From NCBI GenBank assembly GCA_965242865.1, contig CBDETK010000013.1, positions 1,600,001 through 1,664,000 on the forward strand: a DNA stretch of 64,000 nt. The letters run 5' to 3'. The notes beneath the pieces are model-generated. The model was not told where the DNA came from, ran no database searches, and saw only the letters and a list, made by a program, of their open reading frames with translations. Shown here in pieces: positions 28,229 to 36,369 of the stretch. The translations under genes were made by a program, and so were the position numbers. The stretch is from Candidatus Latescibacterota bacterium. GTDB taxonomy: Bacteria; Latescibacterota; UBA2968; UBA8231. Each line of letters starts with the position of its first letter. Position 1 is the first letter of the stretch.

Positions 28229-29035
28229 ATGAAACGAAAAGGATCAGAACCTATCTTAAAAATGCCTTATGCTAAAAGGAAATTGATCGTTGTGGTTGAC
28301 GACCCTGACGACTCTGTTATGGAAGTGGATTGGACTGAAGTTGTTAAGGAGTCCTTTGAGAAATACTGGCGCTATATGACTCTCCCTGGACAGATCGAAC
28401 AGATCGTCAAAGCGATAAAGGCAGCACGAAGTCAGGGAATCAATGTGCTCCCTGTCCCGAGAAGTGAAAGTGCCAAGCTGCTATTTCCTCCAGGGCATCC
28501 GCAAGATGGTGTGCTCTACGTGGGTCACCCTACGGTCCATGAAATCTACTACCCGACTGCTCAGTTCCATCAACTAACGTTTGAACACAAGTTCTCTGAA
28601 GCTATTGAACTGCTTATGGCCTTGGGGGCCATCGAGGTCAATGTGGGGCATCAGGTGGGCTGGGGAAAAGAGTTCTCAACTAACCTCAACGTGCCAACTG
28701 GAAAGGCCGGAGAGCAAGTTGGCACCACTGCGGGTGGGGACACCGAGAAGCAGCGGCACTTGCTCTTCCAAATTTCCCTAGAAGGGACTTCAGAGCCGTC
28801 AGTCCCAGATGAACTAGTTTGGTACCCTCATGAGCCTACATGGCAACAAGTCGCGAGGGCTCGAATAAAATACGGCATGAAGAGTTTTTCGCTCAACCTT
28901 CGATACGAGAACGATTTCGGCATCAATGCTGATCTCGAAGTCATGGCAGGCAAGGCAGGGCTTAACCTCGGAGGAAAATTTGTCAGCCATGAATCGACCA
29001 CTTGGGAAATTCAGGGTTCCTTTAAGACTTCCTAA
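28229..29035 (+). CDS. Hypothetical protein, candidate MACPF/CDC/gasdermin-like beta-pore former
   Basis: 268 aa, lower GC, AAGGA RBS; two long Gly/Ser/Thr-rich alternating segments. The ORF is credible; the function is speculative. Confidence 0.6.
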   Translation: MKRKGSEPILKMPYAKRKLIVVVDDPDDSVMEVDWTEVVKESFEKYWRYMTLPGQIEQIVKAIKAARSQGINVLPVPRSESAKLLFPPGHPQDGVLYVGHPTVHEIYYPTAQFHQLTFEHKFSEAIELLMALGAIEVNVGHQVGWGKEFSTNLNVPTGKAGEQVGTTAGGDTEKQRHLLFQISLEGTSEPSVPDELVWYPHEPTWQQVARARIKYGMKSFSLNLRYENDFGINADLEVMAGKAGLNLGGKFVSHESTTWEIQGSFKTS

Positions 29036-29230
29036 CTAATGGTGCTAGTGTTTTACAATCCGAACTCGGCAATAGACAGCGGGACGAATCCGTTTTCATC
29101 GGGCTGGAATCCATGCCATTGCACCAGCAGATTGAAGGCGGCCATGGCAAAGCTCAGATGGGCGGTACAATACGCCGATGCCCGATGGGTCTGCTGCTTA
29201 AAGCGGCTAATTCGGGTGAGCATGGAAAAA
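29033..29230 (-). mobile_element. Internally deleted IS remnant (IS982/IS4-like DDE transposase tail)
   Basis: Minus strand encodes HLSFAMAAFNLLVQWHGFQPDENGFVPLSIAEFGL* followed by CACTAGCACCATTAGTTA; resembles transposase C-termini I recall, family unverified. Confidence 0.55.
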
Positions 29231-29237
29231 GTTGAAG

Positions 29238-29579
29238 AACCGCAATGTCTATGCGGTTGACTGCCCGGATACGGCGGGTGCGATCACGGCGACTGGTGCT
29301 CAACTATACGACCTGAATTGCAGCGGGTGTCATAACCTGACTGCCGCGCAACACGGCATTGGTCCGCATCTGGTCGAGGTGCTTGGGCGGCGCATCGGCG
29401 CGGTGGGCGGCTACCTGTTCTCAGATGCCCTCCGCTCGCTCGACGAGGTGGGGACGCAGCCCGCGTTGGAGCGGTTTCTCGCCAATCCGCAGCAGTTTGC
29501 CCCGGGCACATCCAAGTCGTCGTTGAGCATCACCCCAGCGGAAGCCCGCGCCATCGTCAACTTCATCGGGGGCGATTGA
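29238..29579 (+). pseudogene. Cytochrome c domain fragment, paralog of 38200-38535
   Basis: CSGCH...IGPHL; highly similar DNA to the 3' end of the 36370-38553 gene; no signal peptide or good start. Confidence 0.8.
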
Positions 29580-29723
29580 CCTTTTATAGAAAACCCTGAG
29601 TACACGACCTCGATTGACAGTCTAAAAGTACCAACGCCCGTAACCGCATCCCCCCGCGCAATTGACGAGGCGATTTTTATTTGCTAGGTTAAATACCTTT
29701 CAAAATTTACCTCACATCTACTC

Positions 29724-30734
29724 ATGTCTTGGAATTTTATCGTCAAAAGGGTCGCCCTTTTCCTGATCATAGTATGGGCCGCGGCGAGCGTGAATTTCTT
29801 TGTGCCGCGGCTGGGTACGGGCCGCGATCCCATCCGCGAGAAGCTCGGCCAGCTAGCGGCCAGCGGTGGGTTGCGCCAAGATGGCATTGAGGCCATGGTG
29901 CGGGCCTATCAGGCCAAGTTCGGCCTCGACAAACCGCTCCACGTCCAATACCTCAACTTTCTCGGCGACACCTTTACGCTCGACTTGGGCTATTCGCTCG
30001 CCAACTATCCGGCCCGCGTCGGGCAGATCATCGGCAATGCCATTCCTTGGACCATTGGGCTGATGGTCATTTCGGTGGTGCTCGGGTTTGCCTTGGGGAC
30101 GCTCATGGGCGCCCTGTCGGCTTGGCCGGCCGCGCCGCGCTTTACGCGCAACCTAGCGGTGCCCATGATGACGTTGTCGGCGATTCCTCCGTACCTGCTG
30201 GGGCTGATCGTGCTCTACATATTGGGCCTCAAGCTAAACCTCTTTCCGCTCTCGGGCGGGTACTCGCCCGGCATGTTGGCGATCTTCAACCTCGCCTTTG
30301 TCCTCGATGTGTTGCACCATTCGATTTTGCCGGCGCTGGCCATTGTATTGCAGCAGGTCGGCTTTTGGGCCCTAGGGATGCGGGGGATGATGGTCTCGAC
30401 CTCGGGCGAGGATTACATCACGCTCGCCGAGGCCAATGGCCTGCGCAACCGCACGATCTTTTTCCGTTTTGGCCTGCGCAACGCCCTGCTGCCCCAGCTC
30501 ACGGCACTGGGGCTTTCGCTGGCCAACGTGGTCGCCGGCCAAGTCATCGTCGAGGTGATTTTCGCCTATCCGGGGATCGGCACGGTGCTCTTTCAGGCCA
30601 TTCAAGCCTCGGATTATACGGTCATCAACGGCGTAGTGCTCATTCTCATCCTATCCATCGGCTTGGTGACGATGCTGATGGACTTTTTCTATCCGCTGCT
30701 CGACCCGCGGATTTCCCATAGCCGCCAACACTAG
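29724..30734 (+). CDS. Peptide/nickel ABC transporter permease (DppB/OppB-like)
   Basis: FGLDKPL..QY, EDYITLAEANGL, RNALLP, EVIFAYPGIG. Confidence 0.93.
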   Translation: MSWNFIVKRVALFLIIVWAAASVNFFVPRLGTGRDPIREKLGQLAASGGLRQDGIEAMVRAYQAKFGLDKPLHVQYLNFLGDTFTLDLGYSLANYPARVGQIIGNAIPWTIGLMVISVVLGFALGTLMGALSAWPAAPRFTRNLAVPMMTLSAIPPYLLGLIVLYILGLKLNLFPLSGGYSPGMLAIFNLAFVLDVLHHSILPALAIVLQQVGFWALGMRGMMVSTSGEDYITLAEANGLRNRTIFFRFGLRNALLPQLTALGLSLANVVAGQVIVEVIFAYPGIGTVLFQAIQASDYTVINGVVLILILSIGLVTMLMDFFYPLLDPRISHSRQH

Positions 30735-30736
30735 CC

Positions 30737-31594
30737 ATGAACCGCTTCGATCAAATTCTCTACTACTTGCGCGAAAGCCCGATGCTCGTGGCCGGCCTGT
30801 GCCTGATCCTGTTGGTCGTGCTGTTCGGGGTCTTTGGGGCGATCTTCGTCGATACCTCGCAGGCCCAGCCGCTGGCCACCAAGCCCCGACAAGCCCCCTC
30901 GCTGGAGCATCCCTTTGGCACTGACGACTCCGGCCGCGACCTCCTCGCCGTGATGGTGGTGGGGGTGCCGCTGACGATGCGGATCGGGCTGTTGGCCGGC
31001 ACGGTGGGGCTCGGATTGGGCATTTTCCTCGGCTTTACGAGCGGCTATCTGGGCGGCAAGGTCGACGTGGTCATCCGCGGCCTCGTGGATACGCTGCTCA
31101 CGGTGCCCGGCCTCGTGGTGCTGGTCTCCATCGCCTCGACGATCCGCGAGGAAATTAGCGTCAACATCATGGCCTTGGTGGTGGCTTCGCTCGCGTGGAT
31201 GTGGCCCACGCGCACCATTCGCTCGCAGGTGTTGACCATGCGCGAGCGGGCGTACGTGCAGATGGCCCAGCTCAACGGCATGAGCAATGCCGAGATCATC
31301 TGGAAGGAGCTTTTTCCCAACCTGCTGCCGTACCTCGCGGCCAATTTCACCAATGCGGTCAACTGGGCCATTCTCTCGTCAATTGGCCTAGAGGCCCTCG
31401 GGTTGGGGCCGCAAAACGATCCAACGGTCGGCATGACCATTTACTGGGCCATCACGTTCAGCGCGCTCATCCGCGGCATGTGGTGGTGGTGGGCCATTCC
31501 GATCTTCTTTATCGGCGTGATCTTCGTGGGCTTGTTGATGACCGCGGCTGGCTTGGACGAGCTGGCCAACCCCAAGCAGCGCAAGGCCGTATGA
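30737..31594 (+). CDS. ABC transporter permease (DppC/OppC-like)
   Basis: HPFGTDDSGRD, ERAYVQMA, PNLLP. Confidence 0.93.
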   Translation: MNRFDQILYYLRESPMLVAGLCLILLVVLFGVFGAIFVDTSQAQPLATKPRQAPSLEHPFGTDDSGRDLLAVMVVGVPLTMRIGLLAGTVGLGLGIFLGFTSGYLGGKVDVVIRGLVDTLLTVPGLVVLVSIASTIREEISVNIMALVVASLAWMWPTRTIRSQVLTMRERAYVQMAQLNGMSNAEIIWKELFPNLLPYLAANFTNAVNWAILSSIGLEALGLGPQNDPTVGMTIYWAITFSALIRGMWWWWAIPIFFIGVIFVGLLMTAAGLDELANPKQRKAV

Positions 31595-32598
31595 GCACGG
31601 CCGCCAAAGAGGTCCTGCTGGCCATTCGCGGCTTGGCGGTCCACTTCGAGACCCGGCGCGGCATCGCCCGAGCCGTGAACGAAGTCGATCTGACCCTGTA
31701 CAAAGGCGAGCGTTTTGGCCTAGTTGGCGAATCCGGCAGCGGCAAGACCACGTTGATTTTGGCGCTGTTGCGGATGATCAAGACGCCGGGCCTCATCGCC
31801 GGCGGCAGCGCGACCTTAGACGACGGCACGGACCTGACCCAACTCGACCGCGAGCAAGTGCGGCAGGCGCGGCTCAAGCGGGTCGCCATGGTGCCGCAAG
31901 GCGCGATGAACTCGCTCAACCCGGTGATGCGGATTGGGCCGCAACTGATGCTGACGATGCGCGAGCACGCCACCGAGCAGCCCCCGCCGCCCAAAGCCGC
32001 CCAGCTAGCGCGCGTAGTCGAGCTGCTGGCCAAGGTCGGGCTGAAGCCGGAAGTGGCCCGGCTCTACCCCCACGAATTGAGCGGCGGCATGAAGCAGCGG
32101 GTTTGCATTGCCCAAGCCATCTCGCTCGATCCCCAGCTCATCTTGGCCGACGAGCCGACTTCCGCCCTCGACGTGGTCGTGCAGCGGCAAATCATGCAGA
32201 CCTTGCGCCAGCTACAACACCAGCTCAACGCCACCGTGCTCTTGGTGGGCCACGACATGGGCCTGATGGCGCAGTTCGCCGAGCGCGTGGGCATCATGTA
32301 CGGCGGCAAGCTGGTTGAGGTGGGCCACGTCGAGGAGATTTTTCACAACCCGCAACACCCCTATACCCAGCTTTTGATTTCGAGCATTCCCTCTTTTGAG
32401 ACCAAGGGCGAGTTCAAGGGCATTCCCGGGGTCGCGCTGTCGTTGTTGGACCCGCCGTCGGGTTGCCTCTTCCATCCGCGCTGCCCCCAAGCCATGCCCG
32501 CGTGTAGTCGGCGCGCCCCCGTCCTGCAAGCGGTCGCCCCGGACCACTTGGCGTCGTGTTTGTTGCACGAGGAGGACGCAGATGCCCCCGCTTCTTGA
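31591..32598 (+). CDS. ABC transporter ATPase (DppD-like)
   Basis: GESGSGKT, YPHELSGGMKQR, ADEPT, HPYT, GCLFHPRC. Confidence 0.95.
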   Translation: MSTAAKEVLLAIRGLAVHFETRRGIARAVNEVDLTLYKGERFGLVGESGSGKTTLILALLRMIKTPGLIAGGSATLDDGTDLTQLDREQVRQARLKRVAMVPQGAMNSLNPVMRIGPQLMLTMREHATEQPPPPKAAQLARVVELLAKVGLKPEVARLYPHELSGGMKQRVCIAQAISLDPQLILADEPTSALDVVVQRQIMQTLRQLQHQLNATVLLVGHDMGLMAQFAERVGIMYGGKLVEVGHVEEIFHNPQHPYTQLLISSIPSFETKGEFKGIPGVALSLLDPPSGCLFHPRCPQAMPACSRRAPVLQAVAPDHLASCLLHEEDADAPAS

Positions 32599-33625
32599 GG
32601 CGCGCCACCTGCGCAAGGTCTTTCGCAGCGGCGGCCAGCGCTTTGGCGCGAGCACCGAGACCATCGCCGTCGGGGATTTTTCCCTGTCGATCGATGCGAA
32701 TCGGCCCTCCTTTACCACCGTTGCCGGCGAGTCGGGCAGCGGCAAGACCACGATCGCCCGCATGTTGCTCGGGGTGCTTGCCCCCAGCGCCGGCGAGGTG
32801 CGCTACCAAGGCCGCAACGTCCTCGACCTGCACCCAGAGGAACGGCAGCAGTTCCGCAAGGACGTCCAAGCCATATTTCAAGACCCCTTTGAGGTGTACA
32901 ATCCCTTCTACAAGATCGACCACATCTTGACGACGCCGGTGCGGAAGTTCGGGTTGGCCGCGTCCAAGTCCGATGCCTACGACCAAATACGCGAGGCCCT
33001 GCGCGCGGTCGGGCTGCGGCCCGAGGAGACGCTGGGCCGCTACCCCCACCAGCTTTCGGGGGGGCAACGCCAGCGCATCACCATTGCGCGGGCGCTCTTG
33101 CTAAAGCCCAAGCTGATCATCGCCGACGAGCCCGTATCCATGGTGGACGCCTCGCTCCGCGCCACCATTCTCTCCACCCTGCACGCGCTGCATCGCGATT
33201 TCGGCATCTCCTTTATCTACATCACCCACGACCTGACGACCGCGTACCAAGTCAGCGAGAACATCGTCATCCTGTTCCACGGGGCCGTCGCCGAGGCCGG
33301 CCACACCGAGCGCGTGATCAAGCACCCACAGCACCCCTATACGCGCGAGTTGATTCACTCGATTCCAGCGCCCGAGCCCGGGCGGGCGTGGATCGACGAA
33401 GCGGTGGAAGAAAAGGAAGTCGAAGATACCGAGGCCGAGGAGTCCACAGCCGGCTGCCGCTACGTACTGCGCTGCCCTCAAGCCATGGCCCAATGTGGGG
33501 TCGCGCCGCCGTTTTACCGGACGGAGGGCGAGCGAGCCGTGGCTTGTTTTTTGTACGCCGAGTCGCCGGTGCTCGCCAGCGGCGATCTAAACGAAGTGTT
33601 CTCGGCGACCGACGCGAAAAAATAA
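32582..33625 (+). CDS. ABC transporter ATPase (DppF-like)
   Basis: GESGSGKT, YPHQLSGGQRQR, ADEPVSMVD, HPYT. Confidence 0.95.
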   Translation: MPPLLEARHLRKVFRSGGQRFGASTETIAVGDFSLSIDANRPSFTTVAGESGSGKTTIARMLLGVLAPSAGEVRYQGRNVLDLHPEERQQFRKDVQAIFQDPFEVYNPFYKIDHILTTPVRKFGLAASKSDAYDQIREALRAVGLRPEETLGRYPHQLSGGQRQRITIARALLLKPKLIIADEPVSMVDASLRATILSTLHALHRDFGISFIYITHDLTTAYQVSENIVILFHGAVAEAGHTERVIKHPQHPYTRELIHSIPAPEPGRAWIDEAVEEKEVEDTEAEESTAGCRYVLRCPQAMAQCGVAPPFYRTEGERAVACFLYAESPVLASGDLNEVFSATDAKK

Positions 33626-33642
33626 TTTTCCAAAGGAAGGCC

Positions 33643-35373
33643 ATGCAGAATCTGTTGTTGTGCTTACTAGGCGTACTATGGGTCGGCTGCGGCGATGGAG
33701 GGCACAAAAACGTGCCGCGGACCCGCACCTTAATCATGGATTGTTCGAGCTTGCAGGATTGCAGCGGACAGATTAAGGACTACAACTCGTTTAACCCGTT
33801 TTTGCTGACCGGCGTCTCCAAGACGGGTTGGAACTTCCAGTACGAGCCCCTGTACTTCTACAACGCCTACCACGCGCAAGCCGACAACATCATCCCTTGG
33901 ATCGCCACCGGGCACGAGTACAACCAAGACTACACCGAGGTCGTCATCCACATCCGCGAGGGCGTCGAGTGGAGCGATGGGCAGCCGTGGACGGCGCACG
34001 ATTTGGTCTTTACGATCAACATGCTCAAGGACCACGCGCCCCACTTGTCTTTTTCTACGGACATGCAGACATGGGTACAAAGCGCGGTGGCCACGGACGC
34101 CCACACGGCCAAAATCGCGCTGACCAAACCCAATCCGCGCTTTGTCTTTAGCTACTTCACCAACAATTTCGACAACGGCATCCCCATCGTACCCAAGCAT
34201 ATATGGCAGGGCCAAGACCCGCAGACGTTCAACAACTTCGACGCGGAAAAAGGCTGGCCCGTGGCCAGCGGCCCCTACGAGATTTTCATTTCCGTGCCCG
34301 AACAGCGGGTGTGGGATTTGCGCCCGGGCTGGTGGGCGGAGAAAACGGGTTTTCGCCAGCCCCCGGCCGTGCAGCGCATCATCTACCTGACGCACATGGA
34401 AGAGACCAAGCGGGTGCAGAACTTGATCTCCAACGCCATGGACACCAGCCTCGACATCCGGCCGCCGAACATCCAGTCGATCCTCGACGCCAATCCCCAG
34501 GTCTCTACGTGGACCGGGCGCGCGTTGCCGCACGGGTATCTCGACTGGTGGCCGGTGTGCTTGGGGTTCAACAACTTGGAGCCGCCGTTTGACGACCCGG
34601 AGATTCGCCGCGCCATCAACTACGCCATCGACCGCGACCAGTTGGTGGCCATTGGCTGGCAGGGGGCCGGGACCAAATCGCATCTGCCGCTGCCGGACTT
34701 CCCGCCCATCCGCCAATACACCGCCCCGATCCAAGACTTAGTGGAAAAGTACGAGATCGGCGTCCACGACCCGGCCAAGGCCGCGGCGATTATGGAGCGC
34801 AAGGGGTGGGCCAAGGACGCCGCGGGGTTTTGGGCTAAAGGGGGCGAGCGGCTCAAAATCGTCATCGACATTTTCGACATTTTTACGGACTTGGCGCCGG
34901 TGTTGGTGGCGCAGTTGGAGCGGGTGGGTTTTGACGCGGACTTCCGCATGACGCCCGATGCGTTTTCGCGTATGGCGCAGGGCGCGGCGCGGGCCTTTTT
35001 GATGGGCAATGGCGCGAGCGTGCGCGATCCGTACTTCACCCTGCGGCTCTACCACAGCCGCTTCGTCCGGCCCACCGGCACGCACTCCGAGCGGTTTTGG
35101 CGCTGGTCGAATCCGGCGTTTGACTCACTGGTCGATCAGATGGGGCAGACCGCGCCCGACGACCCGGCGCTGCAAACGCTCTTCCGCGCGGCCATGGAAA
35201 TCTGGCTGGCCGAGCTGCCTTCCATTCCCCTCGTGCAGTGGTATCACCGCATCCCGCACAACCAGACCTACTGGACAAACTGGCCGTCGGCAGAAAACCC
35301 CTACATCAACAGCGCCTACTGGCACAACACGTGGCTGTTGGTGCTGCTGGGGTTGAAGCCGGTGGCGGGGTAG
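33643..35373 (+). CDS. Family 5 substrate-binding lipoprotein
   Basis: Lipobox LWVGC; REGVEWSDGQPWTAHD, PFDDPEIRRAINYAIDR. Confidence 0.93.
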   Translation: MQNLLLCLLGVLWVGCGDGGHKNVPRTRTLIMDCSSLQDCSGQIKDYNSFNPFLLTGVSKTGWNFQYEPLYFYNAYHAQADNIIPWIATGHEYNQDYTEVVIHIREGVEWSDGQPWTAHDLVFTINMLKDHAPHLSFSTDMQTWVQSAVATDAHTAKIALTKPNPRFVFSYFTNNFDNGIPIVPKHIWQGQDPQTFNNFDAEKGWPVASGPYEIFISVPEQRVWDLRPGWWAEKTGFRQPPAVQRIIYLTHMEETKRVQNLISNAMDTSLDIRPPNIQSILDANPQVSTWTGRALPHGYLDWWPVCLGFNNLEPPFDDPEIRRAINYAIDRDQLVAIGWQGAGTKSHLPLPDFPPIRQYTAPIQDLVEKYEIGVHDPAKAAAIMERKGWAKDAAGFWAKGGERLKIVIDIFDIFTDLAPVLVAQLERVGFDADFRMTPDAFSRMAQGAARAFLMGNGASVRDPYFTLRLYHSRFVRPTGTHSERFWRWSNPAFDSLVDQMGQTAPDDPALQTLFRAAMEIWLAELPSIPLVQWYHRIPHNQTYWTNWPSAENPYINSAYWHNTWLLVLLGLKPVAG

Positions 35374-35426
35374 GAGCGATCGAGCAATCGTCATTTGCCA
35401 ACGGCTGTGATCACAAGGAGAACCAC

Positions 35427-36302
35427 ATGCGCTATCGGCGATTTGGACGCACCCAATTGCAGGTGAGCGCGGTCAGCTTGGGCGGGGCCTATTTGGGGGG
35501 CCAGGACCCGGAGCGCGCCGAGGAAAACGCTCGGGCGATTGTGCGGCGCGCTCTGGACTTGGGCTGCAATTACATCGACACGGCCCCGCTCTACGGGGCG
35601 AGCGAAGCGCTGCTGGGCAAGGCACTGGCCGGGGAGTGCCGCCCCTTTTACTTGGCGACCAAAGTCGGGTTTAAGCCGGAAGGCTTTGACTATCGGCGCG
35701 ATTCGGTCGTGCAGAGCTTGGAACGCAGCTTGGCATTGCTGGGCCAAGCCAAGCTCACAGTGGCGCAAATCCACGAGGTAAACCTAGCGGGTTGGGAGCG
35801 AATCGTGGAAAAGGGCGGGACGTTGGAGGGCTTGCGCGCCGCGCAAAAACAGGGGCTGTGCGATTTTATCGGCGTGACGGGCCGGGCCATCCCCCTGTTG
35901 GCGCGGCTGGCCGCGACCGGCGAATTCGACGCGGTGCTGTGCTACCACGACTACCATCCCTGTGTGCCGTTGGCAGCCGAGGCGGTCTTGCCGGCCGCCG
36001 CGCAAAGCGATATGGGCGTGGTGCTGGCGACGGTGCTGGCCGGGGGGCTGTACGTGGCGGGCGCGGGACAGCAAGCGGCCGTGGCGCGGCGGTTTGAGCG
36101 TGCGGAAGAGCGGCGGCGAGCGTGGGCGACGATTGCGCGGCTGGAGCAGGAGGAATCCACTTTGCCGCAGAGCGCGTTTCGCTGGGTCTTGGCCGACGAG
36201 CGGGTCTCGACCGTAGCCAGCGGCGCGGCGAGCGTGGCCGAGCTAGCAGAAGTGGCGCAGGCCGGAGATATGACGCCGCTGATTAGGGACTGCGTTGAGT
36301 AG
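35427..36302 (+). CDS. Aldo/keto reductase
   Basis: MRYRRFGRT, YIDTAPLYG, LATKVG. Confidence 0.9.
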   Translation: MRYRRFGRTQLQVSAVSLGGAYLGGQDPERAEENARAIVRRALDLGCNYIDTAPLYGASEALLGKALAGECRPFYLATKVGFKPEGFDYRRDSVVQSLERSLALLGQAKLTVAQIHEVNLAGWERIVEKGGTLEGLRAAQKQGLCDFIGVTGRAIPLLARLAATGEFDAVLCYHDYHPCVPLAAEAVLPAAAQSDMGVVLATVLAGGLYVAGAGQQAAVARRFERAEERRRAWATIARLEQEESTLPQSAFRWVLADERVSTVASGAASVAELAEVAQAGDMTPLIRDCVE

Positions 36303-36369
36303 CGGCCGAGAAGCGTTGATCCGCGCCGACCTCATTCGACAAGCATGGAATCATATACTAGGATTTTGG

